Notes under the pieces: generated by a model
What the model was told of the DNA's origin: nothing
What the model saw: the letters and a program-made list of their open reading frames with translations, nothing else
The model's database searches: none
Program-made: the position numbers and the translations under genes
Source of the DNA: Dicyema japonicum
Taxonomy: Eukaryota; Animalia; Dicyemida
DNA length: 64,000 bases
Direction of reading: 5' to 3'
Assembly: GCA_011109175.1 (NCBI GenBank)
Contig: RDEW01000099.1
Location: forward strand, 1-64,000
Shown: positions 34,790 through 48,533 of the stretch, in pieces
Numbering within the stretch: the first letter of the stretch is position 1
Layout of the letters: every line of letters begins with the position of its first letter

Positions 34790-37300
34790 AACCTCATTTC
34801 AATGTCGTAGTCCACGCTCATAGCTAACCTCCCGGCTGTAATCAACACAAAAGCAAATATCGTGTAATATAGCATAAATCATATTTCCACGAATGTGAAG
34901 TCACTAGGCCATACCAAGTGAGTACAATCGGGACAATCTTGACCTCTGCTTGGTGTATCAACTCCATGCCTTTGGAAAGAAGGTCATGCTACCTCAGCTT
35001 TTCGCATTCCACCTGCTGTAGATTTTGGGAAGATGTTATTCCCACTCCGACCAAGATAATTTTTGTTTCCTTTTTTATCAAAAACGAACAGGTCTGGCTT
35101 GTTATTCTCAATCATTATGTCTGTTTTGGTAAAGGTGTCAACTCTGATTTCAACTGAGTCATTCATTACAATGGATTGCACTGAATGAGTCTTCAGTTTC
35201 TTCTCGTTTTTGAGACCAAACTCTCTGCAAAAGTGGAAATGTAGACACCTTACGACTTCGTTATGTCTTCTTACATAATCCCCATGCAACATCTTTTCAC
35301 ACCTTGTGGCACAATGATCCACGGTCTTCTTCCACTTTTTACAATGGGTGCACATTGCATTTTGTTCTCCAATAACAAATTCCTATCTTGAATAAGGCAG
35401 AATAAGGTTTCCGACCTTGGGAGTTATTCCCTTTTAGAAGCCAATGAGAGGAATGCTCTATATTCACATAATCCTCCAACAAATTCTTATAAATAACGGA
35501 ATGAAGACTCTTCAATCTTATATGAGTCATTAAACCTTTTTGCATGTTCGATATCAATTTTATATCCAACTCAGAAGTGTCGCAAATACTTGTGCCTTAG
35601 AAATCCTTGATTAATGCCAAATGTGTTTTCTCCAAATGTTCGGCTTGAAGAATAGCGGCACTTCTACTGCAAACAGTACTTCTGAGTTTCAAATCATGAA
35701 AAAATCCATATAAAATCTTTTCACTTAGAAGAGAGATTAAGCGTAGCCCTATCCCAAGTAATTCCTTGTTAAATAGAGCCTCTGCTTGCATGCAGGTTTG
35801 AGATCAATATGGTGCGGATAGCTGAGTCAATGAAATCGTATTCACAGGGTTCCACATTAATGAGTCCAATATAATAGTTATATAAAGACAGAGCATGCTC
35901 ATTAATAGCCTTAAACAAATTCACTGCGTTAGTTTGGTATTCACCAGTTTCTCAATTCTCTGGTTTACTTGCGAAGAAATTATTTTTAACATTTCTGGCT
36001 TTTGAATTTGTCCGGAAGGACCTTCCAATACACCGAGGTATTTATATCCATCCATTCCCTCTAACAACTTGGCTTCATCTGATAACAAGACATTTGTAGC
36101 GGACTTTTCTAGATTCCTTTCCAGCCCTACAGCACTGAAGTACAAATTAACATTTCCATCATTTTTACACATCTTCACTAGTCAAAATAAGTTTTAACTC
36201 GTCAATAAATAAAATGATAAGTTGAAATGACGAGACTGATCATCATGTAAAACGGAGACTTTTGGATACTTATATGTCAATAAACGGCTAAGTGGGTCAA
36301 GAGCACTAAGACAAATAATATAGGGGATAGACTATCCCCCTGCAAAATTCCCCTTTCAATCTGAATATCACGAATATTTTTATTATTCAACATTAGTTTC
36401 ACTCTCCAATGCATAATCAGTAATCTCCGGGTTTTTCAAGGACTTCCATTAAAAAGTTGTGGTCAACGAGTCAAATGCTTTATTGACGTCAATCCATGCA
36501 GCATATAATCCACCTCCATTTACTTTATTAAGTGATTTATTGACTAGTACCTGTTCTTTAGCACCCTGACATCTCTTCCTTGTTCCCATCTGGTTTTCAG
36601 AAAGATGGCCAAACGCTTTCACATAATCCGCTAGTTTGGCATTAATACACTTTGTCATAAGTTTATAGAGTGACGACATGCATGTAGTAGGGCGTAAGTC
36701 CTTTGGTGACTGTGACGCTTATCATTTTTGGATCAAGTACGTAATTCCAGTAAAAACCAGTTTCCAGGGACGTACTCTCCGATTATAATCCTAAGCATTT
36801 CGGTATAGATAAATTCATGCAGTGCGATAAATTTCTTAAGTAAGAAATTGTGAATCCCATCACAACCTAGAGCCTCCTTTTCCATAATTCTTCCAAAAGT
36901 CTGCGCATTTTTCATTATCAATTGACGCAGTAACATTATTATCCGTAGGGGTTAGGTTTCTGTAATATGATCTTCAATTTAATTCGAAATTTAGATTATC
37001 AAGGCGAAATTTCTTGCGGGACTCAGATACACACAATTTCTTTTCGAGAATTTTAATTTTATCTTTAATGTACCAAATAATCCTCGCTCTTTCACCATGA
37101 TTTTTTTTTTATATCCCACAAACGCTAATGCGTGACAAGTCATAGGTTTTTCTTCGGTTGGCAAAGTCTTCATAAAAAAAAACTTTTTAGTTAGCAAAAG
37201 AAATGATTTCCACTTTTCAATTTATATTCTCTTTCATTTTGATGGCTCATTTTTTTCACTGAAATAATCTGATATGTAACTTGACCAGTATAAATAAGAG
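34790..37300 (-). mobile_element. R4/Dong-like non-LTR retrotransposon (RT + Zn knuckle + RLE), decayed
   Basis: RT: LYKLMT..ENQMG.R.RCQGAKEQ.L.N..AWIDVNKAFDS and GDSLSP; then CTHCK..VDHCATRC..RRHNEVV, NKPDLFV, and KIVPIVLTW.G. Confidence 0.9.
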
Positions 37301-37949
37301 TAGAAATTTGATCCATAGAAGTTATAAAGATCTTTTTAACCCATTGGCTAATGACTCACTTCAAACACTCCAGTGAGTTATTGTCAATCTTGAAATAAGG
37401 AATCTTTTTGGTTCGGGGTCTCGAGCTTTGTTCAATTTGCTCGGCAATTATCAATTGTTCCATAAATGTGGGTCGGCAGTGATCGTATAATCTAGGGTCC
37501 AGGGACGGTGAATTAAATTTAGAAATTGATACACCATCTTCAACAGGATCCTTAGCTCACTGGGTACTTGTTGGCGTCTTTGAATATATAATAGCTTCCT
37601 AAACTCAGACTCTGTTATATCTTCAACGAAAGTAGACTTGAAAGGTCTCCAGAATAACTTTCCATCCTTCCCGTGTCATTCACCGACAACATTTAATTGC
37701 TAAATTTTGGAGGTCGTCTTATTATTTCTATTACCGTGGTTGTCAATTACATAAAATCACATTCACTTCAGAATCGTTTTTTTTTCGATTATTATGTGAA
37801 GAAAATGAAGATAATTGCTCTCAGCAGTATTTCTAGTTAGAGTTCTGTGTAAAACTTTCGAACTTCCAACATCAAATCGATCTCGGACAGAATCATCGGC
37901 CTTCCATTTATTACTTCAATACTTTTTTTGCAAAGTAAGGAATTCAATT

Positions 37950-39990
37950 AAATTATTAACTTTAGGAAACTGGCAACCGTTAAAAAACGCTGCCAGAGAT
38001 CCATTACTTTTGCAGGAGGTGGGCTTTTCCTTAGTGTTCTTTGTAGATCAGTGAATGTTCTCCATATGTGTCATGGGGAGGTTGGGAAGTTGGGTGGATT
38101 AAAGTAATGGGGAGTTGGGTGATGTAGGTCTTCGATTGTCAGAAATATCGTGAGTTTCTCATTTCAAGATGCTCACCCAAATGCAGGATTTTCGATTCCC
38201 AATGTAAGTGCGCACCAGATGATTTTAAACACCCGTTAAAGCTCTCAATGTTAACTTTGTACCTCTTCAGCTTTTGTCGGAGGATGAGTGATATGCATGG
38301 AGTAAAGCTTATAGAGGCATAATTCAGTGTCGCCCTTATGAATTGCATGTACAGAGTGTTAGACAATACTTCCGTTGGCCGTTCGAGTGACCACCCACTG
38401 CTCGAAGGATATTTGATTTTCGCTCTGCTTTAGTCCAAAGTTGTTCAACATAACAAACTCAGAGGGTTAAGATATATAACACTGGAAAAGTTCGTTGTCG
38501 AAGTATATAGTAGGACTGTTGTCGAATTATCTCTGGTCTGTTGTAAATATCGTTATCGAGGATGTGGACGGAGACATCAAGTCTATCCAATCGATAATAA
38601 ATTAAAATTTGTTTGGACATTAAATGAGGTCAGTTGAACGTTTTTATCCAATTATAAAGTCATTGATGTATGATAGAAGGAGCGTTTTGAGTCATCTGAA
38701 TGTCGTTTGGGTAAAGATTAGAAATGATCGTGAAATAACAGATCCTTTAGGAACACCTTTGGGGAGTTTTCAAAATCGGGACACGTGATTATAAAAACAG
38801 GTTTAACCCAGTCTTCCAGGAAAGGAAATTTGAACTAGAACTGCCAAACTTGAGGGATACTTGATGAACTGATCTTGTTCGAGAGGACCACACGAGAAAT
38901 GGAGTCAAAGGATTATGTCAGATCGATTGTCACCAGACCAGTTCTATCGGTAGGTTTGCAACAAACTGCGTCTAGGTGGAGAGATGGGAGTTTGTCTAGT
39001 GAAGGGGAGGGAATCCATGTTCGATTTGGAAAGGTTGAGGTGGCTTGAAATCTCCTTTAAGAATATTCCTTCCATAATCTTCGATGCAACTGAGGTAAGT
39101 GAAATATATCTGTAGGAGAAATGGAGTAGGGTTTTTGACAGGAGAGTAGCGTGAATTTTGGATCAAGTCATGGATTAGAGTTATAGGGGGTCGTACCTCG
39201 TTGTGGTTGGACTCTCTTAGGTCGAATAGGTCTTCAGATATTGGAATGTGACTGATCTTTCAATTATGGGTGATCAAAACCTGAAAATTTTTGGTGAATC
39301 TCCAGAATTTTTGAGGTTTCGATTTTGGAGATAAATTAAGTCTATTTTTTATTCTTGATTTTTTTATCTGGAAGGTGAATTTATACAAAGAGTCTTCAAG
39401 GATCTCCGGGACAAGTTCCACATCTTGTGTGTTGATTGCGGTTGTTCAGCATTACAAGGTGATTTAATTCTGAGGTGACTTGTTCTCCTCTGGCGTCTGT
39501 GAGTGAAATGAATGCCATAGTGAGTAAAGAGTGAAGATGACATTTAATGGTAATAACTTCCATGTGGTTATCTAGGCTTGCATGTCTATGGCGGGTAGTG
39601 TGGGTTAAATGAATGGAAGAATCTATGAGAGTGACCAGCCAACAACTATGGGACCCATTTGGCCTTTCGGAGTTGAGTACTGAGTAGTCTGTAATTTTGA
39701 GTGTTCGATAGTCTGGACATTTGCAGAAAAACAATATCAAGTTTGTGTCCAAAAAGTCTTTGAACTCAGTGTCCTTCGATGTGATCATATTAACGTTCTG
39801 TTGCAAGATTCTAATTTTGTTTGGTTAGAGGTTGTGCATGACAACTCTCGACGTCAGGAAGATCTCATTGGGGTGAGGTTTTTGTGCCCGCTTGACGGTC
39901 GCCATTGGGAACTCCTTTGAGTGAACCGATAGGGAAATTTAGTGGTTATTTTTTATACACATCCATATGACACGTGACATAAATGAACCT
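37950..39990 (-). mobile_element. I/Jockey-like APE-type non-LTR retrotransposon, decayed
   Basis: EN remnant (39396-39806), YRYISLTSVASKIMEG, GVPKGSV, YIND.IIG (RT), LNYAS..F.P.IS. Confidence 0.75.
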
Positions 39991-40049
39991 GCAATTGCAA
40001 CCACACAAGACACTAATATCCTATTTTACCCGTTGTGGGTACTTTGTTG

Positions 40050-40200
40050 TAATTTCTCTTATTACTATTTGAATATCGATACCTAACTACCCTGCATCTC
40101 CCCATCTCGTTTGCAAGTACGTCATACTTCCTTTTTTCCTCAACTTTCACATTCTTGGGACGTAATGCAAACTTCTATGATAAGGACTTGGGCAATCGTT
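40050..40200 (-). mobile_element. R4/Dong-like RLE fragment
   Basis: QVLIIEVCITSQ...KRKYDVLANEMG, homologous to 7930-8030. Confidence 0.7.
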
Positions 40201-40214
40201 GGGCTCCTGAGATA

Positions 40215-40945
40215 TTTAATGAATGGTCGCTAAGAGACTAACCAAATGATGAATAAATGTTTTAGAAGTTCTATGTATCTTAATCCCACACGCATTCCTC
40301 CTCAAGGATTTTATGCCCCTCACCCAACGTTGCTTCATAAACACATATGGGTAGGCACACAGTTTCTGAATATAGCCGTTCCGTACATTCTCTCCAACGA
40401 TTTCGATGTTATGTTGCCTAGCAATTCAACACCATCCTTGTCCTTGATTTTGCCAATCATTTTCGTAAAGAGGGTTCATAATCTTTTTAGTTGTAAATAC
40501 GCATTCGTAGTGTGACTTCTCTTATATTCATCTTCTATTTTTTGCAGTGTAACCTCCAGTAGTCTTTTTTATCCTTCCTGGCTGCCTTTCTGAATTCAGA
40601 GTTAAGTTTTCTTATCTCTTCTATATTCCCAGAGACTTTAGCAGCTTTACGAGCCTCAGCAATGTTTAGGGTGTTGGCAGAGAGCCACTCAGAGCACATG
40701 GCCGGCGTTTTGTATTTGACGTGTTTTATTGCAGCGTTCCTGATAACCAACTGCATATCATTCGTCTTTGGTTTATTGCTAAATATCAAGAAGACCAAAA
40801 TTATGACTACTGCTAATAATGGAATAATGGAACTAAAAATTGGGAATGAGAAAATAGAGAGTTGCGATAATGTTGTCTTTCTGGGATGTCTAATTAATTG
40901 GAATGGTGACAGAGGCTTGGAAATCAAGAGGCGAATTGCCATGGA
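40215..40945. mobile_element. RTE-BovB-like fragments joined in opposite orientation
   Basis: Minus 40215-40760: EWLS..TL..AEARKAAK...FRKAARKDKKDYW (EN-RT linker). Plus 40790-40945: KTKIMTT...IESCDNVVFLG.LI....EIKRRIAM (RT thumb). Confidence 0.7.
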
Positions 40946-41030
40946 GATCTCCGCGAATGCTGCTGGCTGTTTGAGCGAATTTCGCTCAATTCTGAAAGGG
41001 ATCAGTCACGCAGTGAGGGGAGCAGCTAAC
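40945..41030 (+). mobile_element. CRE-like 3' terminus
   Basis: ggagatctccgcgaatgctgctggctgtttgagcgaatttcgctc...cacgcagtgag is nearly identical to 43540-43595. Confidence 0.7.
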
Positions 41031-41149
41031 AAATGTTTTGTCCTTTTTTTTGCCTATAAAAATAGATTATTAAATTTTAATTTTTTGAAAATTATTTTAA
41101 TTGTTCAAAACATTGTATAATAATTAGATAATCAATTTTGTTATAATTA

Positions 41150-41950
41150 TTAAATAATCATTAATATATAAGACTTGCAAACTAAAATCAAAAAATATTG
41201 ACAAAAACATTTTTCTTTGACGTTGAAACATTAACTCAAACATTAATTCAGTCTAATGCTGATTCAATCAAAAACACTTCTCTCAATAATTACATTTCTT
41301 CTAAAACATTACATTTACAAAATCTGTGAAAGTTACAATCTCAAGCAATTATCAGAATTCTGAAATAAACTAACACAATCATTTTGATAAACTCTAAATT
41401 CAGTGTAACTAGCACTCAGATATGATGGACAGGACCTTTCGCTTTAATGGTCATAGACAATTCGAGTCTGTCATATTCAAATTCATTTACCTTTGATATA
41501 CAAAAAATTGCAAAGTTTTGTCATTGAAAACATTAATTCATATAATTCTTGATTCTCTCAATAATTACATTTTTTCTAAACATTATTTGACAAATAGTTC
41601 AGTTTTGAATATAAAAGAACATTCGTTCTACTTTAAAATCAAAACAACTTACATTTTAACAGATATGAGATAGTGACTATTTCCTCAATTATCGAATTTT
41701 GAAATAAAATTAAACAAAATAATTTTGATTAAAAAAATATAAATCCATTGCAAAACATAAATTCGCTTGGCTACATATTTTGATTGTTCAAAACACTTAT
41801 TGTCCTATTTTATACAAATATAATTTCGACGAATCCTTTTTTATCCTAAATTTATAGAATCCTTGACTGATGTATTCATCGTATTTGCTATTGCATTTTC
41901 CATAAGTAATCACTATAAATTGTTCTTTAAGTCATTGGCATCAAGGGAGA
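41150..41950 (+). pseudogene. Decayed LRR-like gene with internal ~290-bp tandem duplication
   Basis: LKTLIHIILDSLNNYI and LFPQLSNFEIKLNKIIL; 41230-41420 resembles 41520-41730. Confidence 0.35.
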
Positions 41951-43519
41951 TACAAAGTTCAACATAAAATTGGAAGACATATTTTTATTCACTGACACAA
42001 TCATACATTCCCAGTATTGCTTAATTTACAGTTCTTCAAGTGCCGGTCTAAACGTCATATCGAAATCTTAATATCCATTTTTTCACCATCTCAGTAGAAT
42101 ATCATTTTTGTCCACAAATAGAACAGGCTGACTCTGAGTCGTTAATTTGGACATTGTTGAGTATAAAAGCTAATATTTTAAATCACCGGTTTTCTTGACA
42201 TGTTAGCTATTCAATCAAATCAAGTTTCAAGATGATACAGAAATGCAGATCATGAATGTTCAACTTTGAAAAAAAATACATAAAAACTTATCCCCACTGG
42301 AAAAGCATGGACCTAGAACATCCAGTGATTTCCTTATCTATTTTTGTTGGACAGATTCCTTTCATAACTTTGTCCAAAAATCTATTAAATCTCTTATTCC
42401 TTGACAAATGATATACTCTTCTCTTTAATGTTCTGTTAACGTTTTCACGTCAATCTGCTTCAACTTAAAATTTCATCCTAAATCTGATTTTTTTATTACT
42501 ACTCCACATGCGACTTTTTATTTGAAATGCAACTTTGTATTTTATTTATGATTTAATATTTAATTACTCATTACAATATATATTTCTGGTGGTTTTCCAC
42601 TTTTAATAAATATTTTTCTTTTCTTGTTTTTAATTGTGATTCTCTTTTACCGAATAAATACGAATATCAACGTCTTTAACAAAATCCTCTGATCTTTAGA
42701 TATTTCGTTCGATAAATTCACTTATTTCCATTAATATGAAATCCTTTAATGTTAATCTGACGAATTAAATATTATTTGTAAGAAATTCAATGTTTTTTAT
42801 TTGAACTGATGGATTTGTGTCAAAAACCTCAACGATGCCCATTTACAAAGTATCATCCACATTAGACATAATTTCAACACTATTGATCAAATGACTTATA
42901 TTAAACAGTAAATAACCTTAGTATTGTTCCAATGCTGTTAAATGTTGTTTAAAGTCAAAATTAAATAAATTATCAATTAAGGACTGTGAGAATGTATATT
43001 CCATAATTGTTCGTAATTGATCAACGTGGTCTTGAGTGGAGTTTGAAAATTCCACTTTAACAACTACATTGTAATACTTGTAATACTCGTCAAATAGTAA
43101 TTAGTTTCGTGTAATCTAAAAATCAAATCCTTAACAAAAGCAGTGACTTCTGAAGACTCCATGAAATGGTAATTAAAATTCTGTTTAACTATGAACCAAG
43201 AATGTCGTTCTCCGGTATTCATTCGTTCAATAGATTCCTTATTTACTCATTTATAAAGTCCACAAAGGTTTGGAGGACATTTATGGACTTCCTAGCCAGA
43301 TATGATTCATAGTTTATGGAAATGCTCAACAGTTGAGGATTTCTGATCACTCAACTATATTGATGACATCTAAGAATACCTGATATTAACGCAGCTCCTG
43401 AGCTCTTCCCAAGGCAAAGACTGGAATGAGTCATCTTCCCCATAAAAAACAATCACATGAACCCAACTTCCGGATCCTACTCCCCCTCTACACTCGAGTT
43501 TTTCGGACGTCTTGGAAAC

Positions 43520-43610
43520 CGGATCACCTCATGCACTGGAGATCTCCGCGAACGCCGCTGGCTATTGAGCGAATTTCGCTCGCAATTTTGAGAGGGAACA
43601 GCCACGCGGT
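43520..43610 (+). mobile_element. CRE-like 3' terminus
   Basis: ERISLAILRGNSHAVRAAT in ORF 43426-43629. Confidence 0.75.
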
Positions 43611-43689
43611 GAGAGCGGCAACTACCTGACTTCTATTGTTTAAATTAACCTTAAAAATATAACTTTAAATTAAAAAAAATAAAATGAAC

Positions 43690-43960
43690 CCAACTCGTGA
43701 ATCTTCGCTCTCTATCTTTTTAGCTGTAAAAAATGGTTCATAAGTCGATTCCTAAAATTTCCACAAGAAAATGACAATAATGAGGACGTCAGGTACAACT
43801 AGGGGAGCCTAGCTTCCATTAAGTGTCAAGTCTTCTTCTCTAGAGAAATCGCCAGTGTATAAAATTTTAATCACAATAAGCTCAATGAAAAACATTGTAG
43901 CACCAAGTACATGGCTAACAGTGGATAAATTGATAGCTTTGAATTGTCATAAGAATAAGA
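43690..43960 (+). mobile_element. piggyBac-like transposase remnant
   Basis: SRFLKF...D.R...LASIK, then [11 protein letters not shown] (piggyBac P...LTVDE catalytic-D context). Confidence 0.45.
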
Positions 43961-44549
43961 ATTTACCATGCACTGATTGATTCTTTTTTAATTTTAATTT
44001 TTTAAATTAATTTTTGTTTAATTATTAACTAGACATCTGCGGAGGGCTTGACGCTAGCTTCGAATATTTGACAAACAACGTTATCTCTTCTGAGACCTTT
44101 TCAGTCCGGACTTGTATACTTGCTAAAGTTCAATGTTGTATATATGCGACACGATAACTCAGATGTCTAGTATTGATTTAAAGTGCTTAGGAGATTTGAA
44201 ATAGGTAATTTATTATTATTGCATTTGTAAGAAGAGTGTTTAAATAAGCAGTTTAAAATCAAGATTTGATTGTTTTACCCACATGGGGTGTCTCCCATTG
44301 TCAACTATCTCCGGGATCTCTGGGACCTTGTATTACTGCCAAGAAATGATTAAAGTGGTAAGATTTTGATATTAGCATTGAAGGTCACGCCACTTGACAG
44401 GATGATATAGATCGAAATTTACGGAAACTCAAATCTTCATATCTAGATACATACAACATTGAGCTTTAATTAGTACTAGACCGTTTGCACCCTCCTTGTG
44501 TTTAAATACTCGTAATTGTAATTTTCTAGCGACAAGATTGGTAAAAGAC

Positions 44550-46450
44550 ACAGGACAGTCATTCATGAATATTCTGGATAAAAACTTAATTTTGAGATTA
44601 ATTGGCTTTATTGGCTACATCTAAATTATTATTGGTTAAACGTTCATTTTGCAACCTACGTGTTCATTATGATATGGATTTATGAAGACATCGCCCATCT
44701 TGAGTCAAATGGGTAATGGCACCAAGTATTATCCATTAAATCACCCAGTAGAGCGTCTGGAACGAGAAAATGTCTTACCATACATTCGTGAAGAAATTCA
44801 GCTTTTAGTGAGGTTGAGTAAAATAGAATTTACATAAAATTCCCCATCACTTTCAACTTGCAAAGTAACTTAGAATCAATCGTACTTGTTGACATTTAAT
44901 AATAAAACTTTTAAAGACTTTTTGAGACCACAGAATAGGAGACTGTTAGAATAAGTAGAATTTTGATTATATATGTTAATGTTTAAAGAAGATTATGGTG
45001 AATTTTACGCCTCATTTATTCGAATAGTGAAATTGCAGAAGCTAATTCAAGTCAAATGTAATTTGTTGTTGTAAAATCTTAATACATGAAGAGGAACTTC
45101 ACTTGATTGTCATCTCAAAATTAACTAAAAGAAAGTCTTAAGCTCTGTGACTGTCCAGAAAAACTAAGATCGAAGAAATTCCCGAAAATCGTTTTACTCG
45201 TTTGCCAGTAGTGTCATGTGGTCCAGTTAAGCTGTGGGCCCTCAGCAATTACATTACAAACTATTATACGGGGGATGCCAGTCAAGTCATGACCCCTTCT
45301 TCACATCTCTCAAAAGGGCAAGCTCTGAGGAATTCCATAAACTCGTATGACGTTTGTAAGTTTGGGGTACACGAGGTTGCACGTGGTCGAGTCAAGCGTT
45401 GGCCATTAGCAATTACCTTGTAAATTATAAAGCGGGGGAGGCAGTCTAGTCATGGGTATTTCTTCAATTTTCTCAAAATGTCAAGCTCTGAGGAAATCCA
45501 TAAAATCGATATGCCGTATGACGGGATAGGGCACACGCGGTGTCACGTAATCGAGTCGAGCTTTGCCCATTAGATTACCTTACAAATTATAAAGCGGGGG
45601 AATCCAGTCTAGTCACAAACATTCTTCACATCTCCAAAAAACCTAGCTCTGAGGAATTCCATAAAATCGATATGCCGTATGACGGGATAGGGGACACGCG
45701 GTGTCACGTAATCGAGTCGAGGTTTGAGCATCACCCATTACCTTACAAACTATTAAGCAGGAGAGGCCAGTCTAGTCATAACCACTTATTCACATTTCCC
45801 AAAAAGCCAAGCTAAATTACGAGTTACGTAATATTTCGATAATATTAATTATAAATTCATTGCACAATATTCTACAGCAAAGATTTTCTTTGATGGCCAT
45901 TAATTCATCCTTCTTTTCCAATCATACGAGATTTAAAAATTTGGGGATAAATTTACATTATTATTATACCAATCGTAATGATATTGGGAAGATCTACAGG
46001 ATTAGTCGAACACTCGCGGCAGACATTCAAATAATATTTTGGATACAGACTCAATTTTGAGATTAACTGGCGTTCGTTGGCTTCCATCATTGAGTCAAAT
46101 AGGTAATGGCAACTAGTATTGGTCTTCAAATCACTCAGTCGAGCGTCTGGAACGAGAAAATGTCTTGCCATACATTCGTGAAGAAATTCAGCCCTTAGTG
46201 AAGTCTTTGTGTAAAATAGAATTTACATAAAATTCCCCATCACTTTCAACTTGCAATGCAACTGAGAATCAATTGTACTTAGTTGACATTTAATAATAAA
46301 ACTTTTTTTAATTTTAATAAACCTTATTATTTAAAGTCTTTTAGAGACCACAGGGGATAGGTGTTCAATTAGAAGAGGTAGAATTTTGATTTTATATTTT
46401 AATGTTTAGAAAAGATTATGGTGCACCTTGCGCTTCCTTTATTCGGAAAA
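44550..46450. repeat. Diverged ~450-bp direct duplication (44550-45030 and 45990-46450) flanking a tandem array
   Basis: gagcgtctggaacgagaaaatgtctt.ccatacattcgtgaagaaattcagc...aaattccccatcactttcaacttgc is present in both; copy 1 has a ~70-bp insertion. Confidence 0.9.
45196..45830 (+). repeat. Tandem array 1 of 160-170 bp units (4 units)
   Basis: gtgtcacgt..cgagtcgagc...attaccttacaaa.tat...ccagtctagtca...cacatctc..aagctctgaggaattcca recurs at ~45209, 45377, 45539 and 45700. Confidence 0.9.
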
Positions 46451-47699
46451 TCGGATTTCGATGCTTACTGTTCCCGTAAGACGCGTAGATTAAGGCGAAA
46501 TGAAAGAAGACAATGATTTCCGTCGCACTCTACGGAACAACAAATTCGCAGTTAAAAACATCTAAATGACAATCTATAATAATTCAAATGAAAAAATATT
46601 AAACTATAAGCAAAATTTAAATCAACAGTAACTTACTATAACAAATAATATAAATCCAAAAACAAAGTCACGTAAATCGAAACCTTAAGATCATAAAAAA
46701 CAATTTGCTTTCCAAAGTGTAGTTGGAAAAGATAAGGCGAGATTTTCAAAATTTGTAAGGAAATCCTTTTGAAATTTCGTTGCCAAAGTTAATTTCAGGT
46801 TTGACAATTTATTAAAGTTCCAGAATATGAGTTGTTGAAGGCTGAATTAGAAAAAACTTAGTGAGCTTCAAGAAACACTGTTAGTTGAGGAAATATAATT
46901 GAAATCAGAATGTCAAGACATGGAAGCTTAAAATTTGACCGGCTAATCACGTATTTGATGAACGTAGAGTGTGCTTGCTATTTTTACTTTAAGAATATGG
47001 AAATTTAACGTATCAGAATCCGTTCATAAATTATCTGCCGAGGTTGACGAATCAATATAACTTACTCTTTGATCATTATGAATCGTTTTGATTATAAATT
47101 TAATTACGGGCTTCCCCAAAAATAAATGAAAAAAATACATTTTTTAAAACATATATTTTTTATTTTAGTAAAATTTATAAAAAATTTATATACTACATTA
47201 AATTTTTTTCTTGCTAATAATAATTTTAAAGAATCGTATAATAAAATATTTGACTTAAGAATTTTTTATCAAATAAAGAGATTATTAGAGTCCCATAAAG
47301 TGATTCATTATAAACCAATTATTAAGAGAATGAACAAAAACTATTATAACGGCTCTCACTCAGCATCCTATCGATTGCCCCTTTCCCTTTTTTGTTATTA
47401 ATGATCCGATGGCCCGTAAGACTGTTGGATCCAAGATCTCCTTTACTGAGACTGATCCAGGGCGAAAAGAAAAGAAATCTTAAATACAGAAGGCGTCTCA
47501 CGTCAAATAATTCCCAGTCTTGTCCAGAAAAAAAGTACCGGGGTTTTTCGAAAATAGACCCATCAGTTTAATTTTAGAAAAGAATATTTTCGGAAAAATT
47601 TGGAACTATTTTTTTGAATTAAATTATATAAACTAATTTAACCAAGTTATTTAATTTATTTATTTCAAATATGCACATTATCTTTCACATTAACATATC

Positions 47700-48200
47700 A
47701 AGTGAACTAACATCTAAGTTAAAAACCTATACAATCAAAGAAAAACTTTCCGCGTTAAAAAAATTGTCAGTGCAATATAAACATTGAAGAAGCATCTGGA
47801 CAACCTTGTATAGACCGTAAGAGTCTACGAAGTTGGCATAAAAATAATACAAATTTGCCAAATTCATCAAAACAACCCGTTTCACGTAAATTAGGAACTT
47901 TTGAAAAAACAGTGTTTTTCCTGAAATTGAAAAAAAATGTTTGAATGTATAAAATCAGAAAAACTTACCCACAAAAAAATTGTGAGCTACCACGTTTAAG
48001 AGAATTCGTATGCTCATTGAAAAGACATTTAAATATTGCTGAGTTTAAATGTTCTAATAATTGGATTTTCAATTTCTGTAAAAGACATCACCTGACAAGT
48101 AGACGAATAACACATGTAGGCCAACAATATAATAGGCCTATAGAAGAAAAAAGGTATTTTTGGCACTACTTTTTTGGCATGGGCTTTCGGAAAACCTCGG
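47700..48200 (+). mobile_element. pogo-like transposase N-terminal remnant (BrkDBD + CENP-B HTH)
   Basis: YTIKEKL...NIEEA...IDRKSLRSWH; EFKCSNNWIFNFCKRHHLTSRRITHVGQ. Confidence 0.7.
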
Positions 48201-48533
48201 TAGTTTACTCCCATGTGCCTCACGTTTCTTCAAGTGGAAGGAGGTGTTAACTGCCTTCTTTCATCTCCACCGGTTGTCATGCAAACATTGATGTAGTCAT
48301 TGTAGAAGCTAGTCATGTTCTAGAAGTGCCCTAATGATGTGCAGAAAAGAGCTCTGAGGCTAATTTGTGAATACAGAGACAAGTTTTTGTTAATTATCTC
48401 AACAGTCTATTTGCTTATTCCCGCTGTAGTAATTGACGTTTCTTTTCACGATAACTATCAAGGTCAACTGGTAAAGCTATTGGTTTCCACTAACGATTTG
48501 GCTTTTGAGTATTTTAAGTTTTGTATGAAAAAC

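Noticed and set aside
45196-45830. Repeat arrays as CRISPR, or as yeast-like CDEI centromere elements
   Set aside because: Units are similar along their full length with no unique spacers, there are no cas genes and the context is eukaryotic. GTCACGTG is a generic E-box palindrome.
44550-46450. LTR/TRIM element
   Set aside because: No TG...CA termini, PBS, PPT or TSD were seen, and the repeats look like gene 5' ends.
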